Notes: generated from the sequence alone by a model not told the origin. A stretch of DNA of 64,000 nt from Acidobacteriota bacterium (GCA_965217775.1 CBDCJH010000002.1:5152001-5216000); one strand, 5' to 3'. Numbered from the stretch's first letter, positions 10,856-19,899 are shown. Made by a program: numbers and translations.

Positions 10856-11659
10856 ATGGCCTCCCCACCCATCATCACCTTCAGCACCGATTTCGGGAGC
10901 AGCGGTTCGTACGTCGGCGCGGTCAAGGGAGCCATCCTGCAGATCTGTCCGCAGGCCCGGATCGTAGACATCAGCCACGAGATCTCCTCCCACAACATTC
11001 TCGAGGCCGCATTCAATCTGGCTTGCAGCTATTCCTACTTCCCGGCCGGAACCGTTCATCTGGCGGTGGTGGATCCGGGGGTGGGGTCCGAGCGGCGAGG
11101 CATCGTCGTCTCCACGGACCGGTATCGCTTCGTGGGCCCGGACAACGGCCTCTTCACGCTGATCTATCGCCGGGAGAAGGTGAAACAGGTCATCTCCATC
11201 GAGTCGGCGAGGCATTGCCGAGAGACGGTGTCGGCCACCTTTCACGGCCGGGACGTCTTCGGCCCCGCCGCGGCTTGGCTGGCCTGTGGTTTGGAACCGG
11301 AGCAGTTGGGGCCGGAGGTGACGGATTGGCGCCAACTGCCGCTGACCCTCCTGCAACGGCAGGAGTCGGGCCGAATCCGCGGAGTCGTGCTTCAGGTCGA
11401 CCGGTTCGGCAACGTCATCACCAGCGTCCACGATCGCGAACTCCGAGATCTCCTGGGTTATCAGCCACAATTGGTGGAGTTTTCGGCCGGGGGCCGAAGA
11501 ATCGGCCGGCGTTGCCGCACCTATGCCGAGGCGCCGCCGGGAGAGCTCGTCTACCTGAAGGGGAGCAGCGGGTACTACGAGATCGCGGTCTCCGAGCGGT
11601 CGGCAGCCGGGATCTTGGGCCTGAAGGTGGGAGACCCGGTCCAGGTCACGGTTCGTTAG
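10856..11659 (+). CDS. SAM hydroxide adenosyltransferase / chlorinase-fluorinase family (DUF62)
   Basis: STDFG, VVDPGVGSER, GPDNGL, ATFHGRDVF, DRFGNVIT. Confidence 0.92.
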   Translation: MASPPIITFSTDFGSSGSYVGAVKGAILQICPQARIVDISHEISSHNILEAAFNLACSYSYFPAGTVHLAVVDPGVGSERRGIVVSTDRYRFVGPDNGLFTLIYRREKVKQVISIESARHCRETVSATFHGRDVFGPAAAWLACGLEPEQLGPEVTDWRQLPLTLLQRQESGRIRGVVLQVDRFGNVITSVHDRELRDLLGYQPQLVEFSAGGRRIGRRCRTYAEAPPGELVYLKGSSGYYEIAVSERSAAGILGLKVGDPVQVTVR

Positions 11660-12006
11660 CCCCGCAAAGCTTTGCGGAGAACATCCACGGCCAGATCCGC
11701 AGCATGCAGCTTGTGGGAAGGCAGCCCTCCCAGGTAGTCCAGGATCGATTCGGCCGTGATTTCCCGGCACTCCCAGCTCCGGCGATTCCGGCACATTTGG
11801 GTGACGGCAGCGGAGGCGGCGATGGCGGCCGGGCAGCCATAGGTCTCGAAGCGGCTGTCCACAACGATGTCCTGCTGCAGCTTCAGGTAGAGATGGGTGA
11901 TGTCGCCGCAGATCGGGTTCTCGGCCCGGGCCGTATGGGTCGCGCCGGCGAGGCTTCCCCGGTTGGGAAGCTCACGAATGAGCTCTCTGGCCTTTTCGCT
12001 GTACAC
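11656..12006 (-). CDS. iscU: Fe-S cluster scaffold IscU/NifU-like
   Basis: NPICGD, FETYGCPAAIA and KLH motifs (the usual third Cys after KLH is Ala); coupled to the cysteine desulfurase. Confidence 0.85.
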   Translation of the reverse strand: MYSEKARELIRELPNRGSLAGATHTARAENPICGDITHLYLKLQQDIVVDSRFETYGCPAAIAASAAVTQMCRNRRSWECREITAESILDYLGGLPSHKLHAADLAVDVLRKALRG

Positions 12007-13174
12007 GGTTTCGACTTTCCCGATAGAGAGGGGAGAGTTCCCGCATCCTCCGGATGGTTCGCGGGAGCACGTCCAGAGCTGTCGTGATCTCTTCTTCAGC
12101 GGTCATCCGGCTGAGACTGAGCCGAAGCGCACTCTCGACCCGGCGGTTCTCGAACCCCATGGCCTTCAGGACGTGGGACGGCTCCAGCGATCCGGAAGAG
12201 CAGGCCGCGCCGGTAGAGACTGCGATCCCCTGAAGGTCCAATGAAATGAGAAGAGCTTCCCCCTCGACGCCTCGAAAACTCAAGTTGGTGGTGTGAGGCA
12301 TCCTTCGGAGCGTCGATCCATTGATCCGGGTCTGGGGAATACGCTCCAGGAGTCCCGTCTCGATCCGGTCGCGAAGGGATCGGACCCGGAGGTCGAAATC
12401 CGCCAGGCCTTCCCTAGCCAGGGCGACCGCCTTGCCCAGGGCGACGATACCCGGCACGTTCTCGGTGCCTCCCCGGCGTCCCCGTTCGTGAGAGCCGCCC
12501 AGGAGCAGAGATTTCATCTCCACACCGTGGCGAAGGTAGAGGGCCCCGACTCCCTTGGGCCCGTGGATCTTGTGACCCGATAGTGAAAGCAGGTCCACCC
12601 CCAGGTCGTTCACGTCCACGGGGATCTTGCCGGCCGACTGGACCGCGTCGGTGTGGAAGAGGATTCCCTTTTCCCGCGCAAACCGTCCCACCGCGCGCAA
12701 GTCTTGAATCGCACCGGTCTCGTTGTTGGCATGCATGATCGAGATCAGGATCGTGTCCTCACGAACCGCCGCGTGCAGGTCCTTAAGCCGGATCAACCCC
12801 TGACGGTCCACCGGCAGGTAGGTCACCTGGAATCCTTCCTCCTCCAACTGCTCCATGGTCCGCAGGACCGCGGGATGCTCGATGGTGGTGGTGATGAGAT
12901 GCCGTCCGTGTCCGGAATGGCTGGCGGCGATTCCCCGGATGGCGGTGTTGTCGGACTCGGTCCCCCCGCTGGTGAAGATGATCTCCTTGGGAAGACTGCC
13001 GATGAGATCGGAGACCGCCTGCCGGGCGGTCTCCACCGCCTCGCGGGCCTGCTGGCCGAATTCGTGAATCGATGAGGCGTTGCCGAAGTCCTGGAGAAAA
13101 TGAGGCGACATGACCTCCAGCACCCGTGGATCCACTCGTGTCGTGGCGTTGTTGTCCAGGTAGACTCGCCTCAC
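11972..13174 (-). CDS. iscS: Cysteine desulfurase
   Basis: YLDNNATT, FTSGGTES, HTDAVQ, SGHKIHGPKG, STGAACSSGS. Confidence 0.95.
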   Translation of the reverse strand: MRRVYLDNNATTRVDPRVLEVMSPHFLQDFGNASSIHEFGQQAREAVETARQAVSDLIGSLPKEIIFTSGGTESDNTAIRGIAASHSGHGRHLITTTIEHPAVLRTMEQLEEEGFQVTYLPVDRQGLIRLKDLHAAVREDTILISIMHANNETGAIQDLRAVGRFAREKGILFHTDAVQSAGKIPVDVNDLGVDLLSLSGHKIHGPKGVGALYLRHGVEMKSLLLGGSHERGRRGGTENVPGIVALGKAVALAREGLADFDLRVRSLRDRIETGLLERIPQTRINGSTLRRMPHTTNLSFRGVEGEALLISLDLQGIAVSTGAACSSGSLEPSHVLKAMGFENRRVESALRLSLSRMTAEEEITTALDVLPRTIRRMRELSPLYRESRNRVQRKGQRAHS

Positions 13175-13338
13175 TGCCGTCCCTTCTCCCGTTCCGCGCT
13201 ACGTATTTCCCAAGACTCGGAGGCGTTCACGCCGCTTCTGGCCATCGACCTTGACAGCCCCTGGAACCGATCTTACTAGAACAATGGCTAGCCAAGAAGG
13301 AACAAACGACAACGATTGATATGACGAGGAGGTCAACA

Positions 13339-13782
13339 ATGAGTCTCATCAGAGTAACGCCATTCGCAGGCATCAACGGATTGCACCGGTTGATGGATCA
13401 TTTCTGGCGCGACAGCCGTTTCCTGGCTCCCACCGACAGTGAGGAGGTCCAACCGGTGCGCCGGCCCATCTCGGACGTGTACGAGACCGGAGACAGCCTG
13501 GTCTTCACCATGGACCTGCCCGGATTCGACAAGAGCGAGATCGAGGTCAACGTCAACAACGGCTGTCTGGAAGTCAAGGGCGAGCGCAAGACCCAGGAGA
13601 AGGAGGATCGAACCTACCGCCAAGTCCAAAGGTGGCACGGGCGTTTCCAACGGTCCTTCCGGCTCCCCCGCGGACTGGATCGGGATAAGGTCTCGGCCGA
13701 ACTGAGGAACGGAGTCCTCAGCATCTCGATCCCCAAGCTGCAAGCGGCGAAACCCAAGCAGATCGCGGTCCGAGTCAGCTGA
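13339..13782 (+). CDS. Small heat shock protein Hsp20
   Basis: DVYET, DLPG, GRFQRSFRLP, AELRNGVLSISIPK; GAGGAGG RBS before ATG 13339; TTGACA at 13251. Confidence 0.93.
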   Translation: MSLIRVTPFAGINGLHRLMDHFWRDSRFLAPTDSEEVQPVRRPISDVYETGDSLVFTMDLPGFDKSEIEVNVNNGCLEVKGERKTQEKEDRTYRQVQRWHGRFQRSFRLPRGLDRDKVSAELRNGVLSISIPKLQAAKPKQIAVRVS

Positions 13783-13795
13783 AGCTCCCTGCCCG

Positions 13796-13827
13796 AGGGC
13801 CCCGGAACCTCCCCCCTCCGGGGCCCT
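13796..13827 (+). terminator. 11-bp hairpin after hsp20
   Basis: AGGGCCCCGGA/TCCGGGGCCCT inverted repeat; no strong U-tract. Confidence 0.5.
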
Positions 13828-13873
13828 GTCCACTTCGTTGAAAAACCTAGGGAGCAACCTGGGAGAGGCGACT

Positions 13874-15790
13874 GTGCGCCAGGCTAACTGGCACAAGATA
13901 GGCGGTGGAAGTCCGCCGAAACGAAGGACTAACCATCCACGTTTCTCCGCGAGCCGTGCGTGGGCACCCGTGAGGGTGTCGGCGAAGCGTCGGTAGCGGT
14001 GCGTATGGGCAGGCTATTGAGCATCGAAAGCTCCCTGATCGGAAGTGCCGAGGCTGTAGTCGCGGTCGAAGGCAACACCGGCTGGACCGCCCAGGTGAGG
14101 GACGGTCGGGCTCCGCGGTGTCAAAGAACCCAGGCACGTACGCAAATCTTGTTCCGGGACCTGGGAGGGCTTCATTTCACCCCGGGGGGTCGCCCCGGGG
14201 TCGCATGAGAAAGGAGTAACCCGAAACTCATGATGGACGGAACGAAGCAATCGGATTCATCCATAGTAGCGATGAAGCGGGCGAACAAAGAGGGGCGACC
14301 CTCGGCGGAGCCGGTGGAGCGAAGGGATGGAACCAAGGGGAATTCGGTGAGCCAAAGCACGCGCCGGACGCAGAGTCGGGGGAGCGTGTCCCAAGCGGTG
14401 GACCGGATACGGCGAGCGATCGCGAGAAACCCCAAGGAGCGACTGACCGCGCTGCTGCACCATATCACTGTGGAGGCCCTGCGCCGCGCCTACCTCGGAC
14501 TGAGGAAGGATGCTGCGCCGGGAATCGATGGGGTACGGTGGGAGGAGTACGGGGCGAAGCTGGAAGAGCGACTGCTGGACCTGCATCGCCGCGTGCACCG
14601 GGGCGCGTACCGAGCGCCTCCCGTCCGGCGGGTGAACATCCCCAAGCCGGATGGAAGGACACGACCGCTCGGCGTGGCCGCGCTGGAGGACAAGATCCTC
14701 CAGAAGGCAGTCGTGGACGAGCTCCTGACGCCGATTTACGAGGCGGAGTTTCTCGGGCTCAGCTACGGGTTCCGGCCCGGACGGAAGGCGCATGACGCGC
14801 TGGATGCACTGGCCTACGGGATCGAACGGCGGAAAGTCAACTGGATCGTGGACGCGGACATTCGGACGTTTTTCGATGCCATCGACCGGGACCGGCTGCT
14901 GCGGTTCGTGGAACGGCGGATCGGAGACCGGCGGGTGCTGCGGCTGCTGCGCAAGTGGCTGAACGCCGGCGTGATGGAAGAAGGGACCTGGTCGGACTCG
15001 GGGAGAGGGACGCCTCAGGGCGCCAACGTCTCGCCGGTCATGGCCAACGTGTACCTGCACTACGTGCTGGACCAATGGTTCCATCGGACGTGGCGTCCAC
15101 GAGTCCCCAATGGCGAAGCGATCCTGGTGCGATATGCGGACGACTTCGTGGCCGGATTCCAGAGACGGGCGGACGCGAAACGGTTTCTCCGAGACCTGGG
15201 GGAACGGTGCGCCGAGTTCGGGCTGGAACTGCACCCGGAAAAGACGCGACTGGTGGAGTTCGGACGATTTGCGGCAGCGGATCGGCGACGACGCGGGGAG
15301 CGGAAACCGGAGACGTTCGACTTTCTGGGGTTCACGCACTACTGTGCGAAGACCCGGAAGGGACGCTTCCGGCTGGGGCGGAAGCCAAGCGCGAAACGGA
15401 TGAACCGGACCCTGCAACGGTTGGGGGAGAGGCTGTGGAGACAACGGCACGCGGATCACTGGGAGGTCGGGAAATGGTTGAGCCGGGTCCTGAACGGCTG
15501 GCTGAACTATTTTGCGGTTCCGGGGAGTACGCGCTGGCTGCGAGGTTTCTGCTATCTGCTGCAACGGCGGTGGCTGCGAGCCTTGCGCCGCCGGTCTCAG
15601 CGCGACCGCTTCAGTTGGAGACGGTTGCGACGGATGACGGAATTGCTCTGGCCATCCGTGAAGATCCGTCACCCGTGGCCGGGGCAGCGGTTCCGCTGGC
15701 CGTCCACACCCAAGGTAGGAGCCGGATGCCTTAACGGGCACGTCCGGATCTGTGCGGGGGGCGGCAGGAAACTGCCGTTCCTACCGTGAC
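13874..15790 (+). mobile_element. Group II intron (full length, RT without endonuclease domain)
   Basis: 5' GTGCG at 13874; domain V GAGCCGGATGCC...GGCACGTCCGGATCTG and domain VI ending CCTACCGTGAC at 15790; EBS1 AGTCGC (14058-14063) is complementary to the 5' exon end GCGACT. Confidence 0.92.
14230..15789 (+). CDS. ltrA: Group II intron reverse transcriptase/maturase
   Basis: RT0 APGIDG, IPKPDGRTRPLG, SYGFRPGR, GTPQG, RYADDF, FDFLGF and domain X; no HNH domain. Confidence 0.95.
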   Translation: MMDGTKQSDSSIVAMKRANKEGRPSAEPVERRDGTKGNSVSQSTRRTQSRGSVSQAVDRIRRAIARNPKERLTALLHHITVEALRRAYLGLRKDAAPGIDGVRWEEYGAKLEERLLDLHRRVHRGAYRAPPVRRVNIPKPDGRTRPLGVAALEDKILQKAVVDELLTPIYEAEFLGLSYGFRPGRKAHDALDALAYGIERRKVNWIVDADIRTFFDAIDRDRLLRFVERRIGDRRVLRLLRKWLNAGVMEEGTWSDSGRGTPQGANVSPVMANVYLHYVLDQWFHRTWRPRVPNGEAILVRYADDFVAGFQRRADAKRFLRDLGERCAEFGLELHPEKTRLVEFGRFAAADRRRRGERKPETFDFLGFTHYCAKTRKGRFRLGRKPSAKRMNRTLQRLGERLWRQRHADHWEVGKWLSRVLNGWLNYFAVPGSTRWLRGFCYLLQRRWLRALRRRSQRDRFSWRRLRRMTELLWPSVKIRHPWPGQRFRWPSTPKVGAGCLNGHVRICAGGGRKLPFLP

Positions 15791-15901
15791 TTCTTGCCGC
15801 CCTCTTAATCGCCGACCCGAAACCGCCGGCTGCAAAGCCTGCGTTCCCACGCCCCTTTTTTCTGCGCGGATTGCACGGCTCCACAGTTGGTCGGGCCTAT
15901 C

Positions 15902-15929
15902 TTGCAGGGGGACCGGGTTCTGGTAGAAT
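15902..15929 (+). promoter_or_regulatory. tRNA promoter
   Basis: TTGCAG-N16-TAGAAT with an extended -10 TG, 16 nt before the tRNA. Confidence 0.6.
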
Positions 15930-15945
15930 ACAACCCTTTTCGAGA

Positions 15946-16018
15946 GCCGGGGTAGCTCAGTCGGTAGAGCAGGGGACTGAAAATCCCCGTGTCGGCGGTT
16001 CGATTCCGTCCCCCGGCA
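15946..16018 (+). tRNA. tRNA-Phe(GAA)
   Basis: Acceptor stem GCCGGGG/CCCCGGC, D arm AGCTCAGTCGGTAGAGC, anticodon arm GGGGA-CTGAAAA-TCCCC, T loop GGTTCGATTCC; followed by CCC rather than CCA. Confidence 0.97.
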
Positions 16019-16227
16019 CCCCTCTACGGAATCGCCTTCTTCCACTTCCTTCTACCGTCCGCAGACGGAGCATTCGGTCCCCTGCGCCCCCGTCAACCCG
16101 CAAAATCGCGAAGCGCATCTCGATGTGAAGGCGGCGCGCGCGCCTGCTGCTCGCGGAAGAGGCATCGAGCCGGCTCAGCAGAAAATAATCTCCATCCCGT
16201 CCAGTCGCCCCTTGCAGCATGATCTCG

Positions 16228-16244
16228 AATAAACCAAGTTTATT
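16228..16244. promoter_or_regulatory. Palindromic operator candidate for phd-vapC
   Basis: AATAAAC-caa-GTTTATT inverted repeat just upstream of the antitoxin. Confidence 0.45.
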
Positions 16245-16267
16245 GGACTAAGTGTCAGGAGGATTGC

Positions 16268-16507
16268 ATGCGGACCGTCAGTATGGACGAAGCCAAGACG
16301 CACCTTTCGCGTCTCGTACAGGCCGCCGCCAATGGCGAGCCGTTCATCATCGCCCGTGCCGGCAGGCCGATGGTCAAAGTCGTCGCGGTAGACGCGCCGG
16401 ATCCCGGAACAATGTGCCGAATCGGGTTTCTGGCCGGCAGAATCTCGGTGCCGCCCGACTTCGACCGCATGGGCGCTGACGAGATCGAGACATTGTTCGA
16501 AGGTTGA
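16268..16507 (+). CDS. Phd/YefM family antitoxin
   Basis: MRTVSMDEAKTHLSRLV...GEPFIIARAGRPMVK, upstream of a PIN toxin. Confidence 0.92.
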   Translation: MRTVSMDEAKTHLSRLVQAAANGEPFIIARAGRPMVKVVAVDAPDPGTMCRIGFLAGRISVPPDFDRMGADEIETLFEG

Positions 16508-16896
16508 GCGTGAGTTTCCTCCTCGACACTCATGTCCTGCTTTGGGCCGCGGGTGTGCCGGATCGGTTGCCGGCCGATGCGCGCACGCTGATCGAAAACC
16601 CTGCGACGGAGTTGATCTACAGTGCGGCATCGCTCTGGGAGGTGGCCATCAAGAACGGGTTGGGGCGCGCGGATTTCAGCGTCGATCCAAGCCTGCTGCG
16701 CCGGGGGTTGCTGGAGAATGGTTACACGGAATTGGCCGTGACCGGCGCCCATGCAGTGGTTGTGCATGGGCTGCCGCCGATCCACAAGGATCCATTCGAC
16801 CGCCTCCTGGTCGCACAGGCTCTGATTGAAGGGGTGACGCTGGTGACGGTGGATGAAGTCGTGGGGCGCTACTCGGGGCCGATCCGGGTACTTTGA
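16504..16896 (+). CDS. vapC: VapC PIN-domain toxin
   Basis: LLDTHVLLW, SAASLWEVAIK, HKDPFDRLLVAQA. Confidence 0.93.
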   Translation: MSVSFLLDTHVLLWAAGVPDRLPADARTLIENPATELIYSAASLWEVAIKNGLGRADFSVDPSLLRRGLLENGYTELAVTGAHAVVVHGLPPIHKDPFDRLLVAQALIEGVTLVTVDEVVGRYSGPIRVL

Positions 16897-16907
16897 TGGC
16901 CATCGTG

Positions 16908-16952
16908 AAAGAAAGTGACTGTCCCCTTCTCGTGACTGTCCCCTTCTCGCGG
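16908..16952 (+). repeat. AAAGAAAGTGACTGTCCCCTTCTC junction repeat, copy 1 (with tandem partial copy)
   Basis: Near-identical copies at 17743, 18490, 19260 and 23032, all in the same orientation. Confidence 0.85.
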
Positions 16953-17061
16953 GGCGAAGCGCGCGATAGCTTTAGCCGCGACGTGCTGGCGCACGGGTTG
17001 CGGTTGACGGCGGGTAAGGCGAGAGGGGAACATGAACCCGTGTCGCGGAGTTGAATCGACT

Positions 17062-17289
17062 ATGGACTGGCATGAGTACATATCCGTCGATCCGAATGTC
17101 TGTCACGGCCAAGCGTGCATTGCTGGCACTCGTGTGATGGTAACGGTCATCCTGGACAATTTCGCTGCCGGATTGACCGTCGAGGAGATTGCCGAGAGCT
17201 ATCCTTCCGTTTCCACCGATGCGGTCAGGGCCACTCTGCACTACGCCGCCGAATTGGCCAAGGAACGAGTAGTGCCCCTGGGAGCATAG
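17062..17289 (+). CDS. DUF433 family antitoxin
   Basis: ISVDPNVCHGQACIAGTRVMV...EIAESYP...LHYAAELA. Confidence 0.9.
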   Translation: MDWHEYISVDPNVCHGQACIAGTRVMVTVILDNFAAGLTVEEIAESYPSVSTDAVRATLHYAAELAKERVVPLGA

Positions 17290-17298
17290 AGACTCCCC

Positions 17299-17513
17299 AT
17301 GCGACTAAAACTCGATGAGAACCTGCCCGGCGAGTTGGCGAGGCTTTTCATCGAGGCGGGGCATGATGCAGTGACGATCCTCGACCAGGAAATCGGCGGT
17401 GCGACGGATGCAATCGTCGCATCCGCTTGTCTTAGTGAGGGTCGTGCCATTGTGACGATGGATACGCATTTTGCTGATATCCGAGGGTATCCCCCACATC
17501 TCTACCCCGGAAT
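17299..17513 (+). pseudogene. DUF5615 PIN-like toxin, 3'-truncated
   Basis: MRLKLDENLP...GHDA...TMDTHFAD; after YPGI the frame runs into an antisense mazF fragment. Confidence 0.8.
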
Positions 17514-17735
17514 AACGGTCCCGTCTGGCCTGCCGATCCAGGCTCTTGATCTGGTCGGCCAGAACGACGCCGGTGAAGGTTCCGGCGGCAGGAAGGGCGA
17601 CCTCGAAGGGATAGCCCTTGGCTCGGGAGGTGATGGGGCAGAACAGGGCGAGGCCGGTTTTCCGATTGTAGTTTCTCGGGCTCAGCGCCAGGGTCGGGAA
17701 GCGTCCCGCTTGTTCATGGCCGGCTTTAAGATTGA
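17514..17735 (-). pseudogene. mazF: Internal mazF/PemK fragment (paralog of 19308..19655)
   Basis: NLKAGHEQAGRFP...FCPITSRAKGYPFEV...DQIKSLD; lacks both termini; 5' break abuts the junction repeat. Confidence 0.85.
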
Positions 17736-17742
17736 GAAGCGG

Positions 17743-17771
17743 AAAGAAAGTGACTGTCAACCTTCTCGCGG
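17743..17771 (+). repeat. Junction repeat, copy 2
   Basis: AAAGAAAGTGACTGTCAACCTTCTCGCGG. Confidence 0.8.
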
Positions 17772-17904
17772 ATGGGTCTGGCGGGGGCGAAGCTGGCGCG
17801 GGCGCAGAACTGTACCCTGCTCGGGACATTGTTGAAGGTCGGAACTCAGGGCCGGGCCACCACGCGCGAGGTCTGGCTGTCGTTTTCCGAGAGCTACCCG
17901 TTGA

Positions 17905-18408
17905 CTAGATTACCCGGTTTCCCCAGGCAGAAATTACGTTCTCGCTTTCGTTTTGGAGCCGTCTGATTCCTGGCACGCTGAGCTTCGGAGTAGCTGGCAC
18001 AAAATCAAACTCCCAATCAACCCACTGGACCGGAAAGCCGACAGTCTGGGCATATTCGTATGCGGCCGTACAGTGATGCTGGTAGCTTTCCCATCCGTTT
18101 TGCATCAACTGGCAAATGCCTTTTACAGCGACTCCTTCAATACCTACGACTAGAGCACCGGATCTCAAGCTCAACAAGTCCCACATGATACGAGATGCTT
18201 GACTACTATACTCTTCACCGTACGCAATCAAATGTAGGTCCTTGACCGTGCGAATGAACGTGTCTTTATACCCCTTTTCAACCAAAGTGCAGAGTGTTCT
18301 CAGGTCTCCCAGTTTCGGCCATCCCTGGGCTACCACTTTTCGATGTTTCAACTCTTCGTAAGAAGCATTTCTCTGATTCCGATCAATGGCAAGCCACCAT
18401 GTATTCAC
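17905..18408 (-). CDS. Hypothetical protein, lower GC (possibly defence-associated)
   Basis: GGAGGAG RBS before GTG 18408; VAQGWPKLGDL resembles the N-terminal region of some restriction-system accessory proteins (weak). Confidence 0.6.
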   Translation of the reverse strand: MNTWWLAIDRNQRNASYEELKHRKVVAQGWPKLGDLRTLCTLVEKGYKDTFIRTVKDLHLIAYGEEYSSQASRIMWDLLSLRSGALVVGIEGVAVKGICQLMQNGWESYQHHCTAAYEYAQTVGFPVQWVDWEFDFVPATPKLSVPGIRRLQNESENVISAWGNRVI

Positions 18409-18489
18409 GGCTCCTCCCCCCTTTTCTTGAGTGACGTCCATTCTGAAGGTTTCGCCATATTGTACCCCTTGTTCGGATCAAGGCGGGAG

Positions 18490-18513
18490 AAAGAAAGTGA
18501 CTGTCCCCTTCTT
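18490..18513 (+). repeat. Junction repeat, copy 3
   Basis: AAAGAAAGTGACTGTCCCCTTCTT. Confidence 0.85.
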
Positions 18514-19250
18514 CCTGGTCCGCGACCCGTTGACTTCGCCAAACCGCGATCACGCAACCCCGCCAAGGCTCGCTTGATCTGCCGCTCGCTGGCATCAGCT
18601 ACCAAACCAGCAACAATCTCGCGCAAGGCCAAGCCATCCTCCGCGTCATCAAGCAGCGCCAAAATTGCATCTTACCGCTTGATCACGTCATCCCCGCTGC
18701 CTCTGGGCGGAACGTAGTCGGCGCGTCGAAAGCGCAACGTCACGCAATCGCCGCGTTCCTCGATCTCGGGCCGGGGCAGTCCGGCGGAGGTCGCCAGTTC
18801 CGCCATCCTGAGCGTACCGCGGCCCCACTCCTCGATAATGCCGCGCCGGTAGAAGGTGCGAGCGATCAGCGGATTCCAGGGCCGCGACTCGTGCGGCCCG
18901 AACAAATCATCCGGAGTCAGCCCGAAGTGCAGCGGGCCGGTCGAAGTCACCTCCAGGCGATCGTCGTACACCGCGAGCCCGATGGAGCCGCCGCCCATCG
19001 CGTAATCGCCGTGGCACAGAGCGTTCGCCAGCGCCTCGGGAGTGGCCAAGGGCGGGTAGAGCGGTTCGTCGATGCGCGCCATGCGTCCCGATTCGAACCG
19101 GCTGGCGATGGGCAGCGTTTCACGCAGGAAACGTTCCGCGTTCGCAAGGACCACGAAGGCGTTGCCGTTGAATTGCCGGTTGTCCAGGAAGTCGGAGCGG
19201 TTGGTGCCCCGAAAACGGGCCACGCGCAGCAGGCACTGCGGCATTTCGCG
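18514..19250 (-). pseudogene. HATPase_c_4 (RecG C-terminal-like) plus HTH regulator fragment
   Basis: EALANALCHGDY, AVYDDRLEVTSTG, SRPWNPLIA, IEEWGRG; internal TAA at 18672-18674; both ends cut at junction repeats. Confidence 0.8.
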
Positions 19251-19259
19251 TGACTCGTG

Positions 19260-19285
19260 AAAGTAGGTGACTGTCCCCTTTTCGG
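19260..19285 (+). repeat. Junction repeat, copy 4
   Basis: AAAGTAGGTGACTGTCCCCTTTTCGG. Confidence 0.8.
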
Positions 19286-19307
19286 TTCAACCCGTTTACG
19301 GCGCGGG

Positions 19308-19655
19308 TCAGGATTCGTTTTGATTCACGAGAACAGCCAGCTTCTCAAAAACTTCGCTCACTACCCGGGGCGGCGCCTTCGATTCGAAACGGACCCGTTT
19401 GGCCAGGCAATCCAGGCTCTTGATCTGGTCGGGCAAAATGACCCCGGCGCCGGCAGCAGGAAGGGCGACCTCGAAGGGATAGCCTTTGGCTCGGGAGGTG
19501 ATGGGGCAGAACAGGGCGAGGCCGGGTTTCTGATTGTAGCTTCTCGGGCACAGCGCCAGGGCCGGGAAGCGTCCGGCTTGTTCATGGCCGGCTTTAAGAT
19601 TGAAGGTCAGCCACACGATTTCCCCGTCTCCGGGGACGTAGGACCTCTTTACCAT
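19308..19655 (-). CDS. mazF: MazF/PemK endoribonuclease toxin (possibly inactive)
   Basis: YVPGDGEIVWLTF, GHEQAG, CPITS, DQIKSLD; the conserved Arg of the GxRP motif is Phe. Confidence 0.85.
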   Translation of the reverse strand: MVKRSYVPGDGEIVWLTFNLKAGHEQAGRFPALALCPRSYNQKPGLALFCPITSRAKGYPFEVALPAAGAGVILPDQIKSLDCLAKRVRFESKAPPRVVSEVFEKLAVLVNQNES

Positions 19656-19888
19656 GCCTCATTGCCTTGGGCGGGCCCGGTGTCCACCTCGGGATGCAGA
19701 TTCTCGTCCGTCACGGACGCCAGCATATCGGCCAAGCTGTAGGTCATCTTGCACAGTACGACTTGGTTGCCGCGCGAGACCATCTCGACGGTGGAGCCCT
19801 CATGCACCCCCCACTGCTCGGCGATGGGCTCGGGGATACGCACGGCCAAGCCGGACCCTCATTTGCAGATCTTTGATTTCGTACCCAA
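19649..19888 (-). pseudogene. mazE: MazE/AbrB antitoxin with a nonsense mutation
   Basis: AAGGAG RBS, TTG 19888, reads MGTKSKICK*GSGLAVRIP...ENLHPEVDTGPAQGNEAW; TGA at 19859-19861 replaces the Trp of KWG. Confidence 0.8.
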
Positions 19889-19899
19889 GGATAGTCTCC

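Noticed and set aside
14230-15789. Retron, DGR or defence-type reverse transcriptase
   Set aside because: RT0 and domain X plus complete intron ends and domains V/VI identify a group II intron; no template/variable repeat pair with adenine-specific differences was seen.
19859-19861. TGA recoded as Trp or Sec (alternative genetic code)
   Set aside because: TGA terminates many intact genes here (ligA, dapA, cusA), so this is a nonsense mutation.
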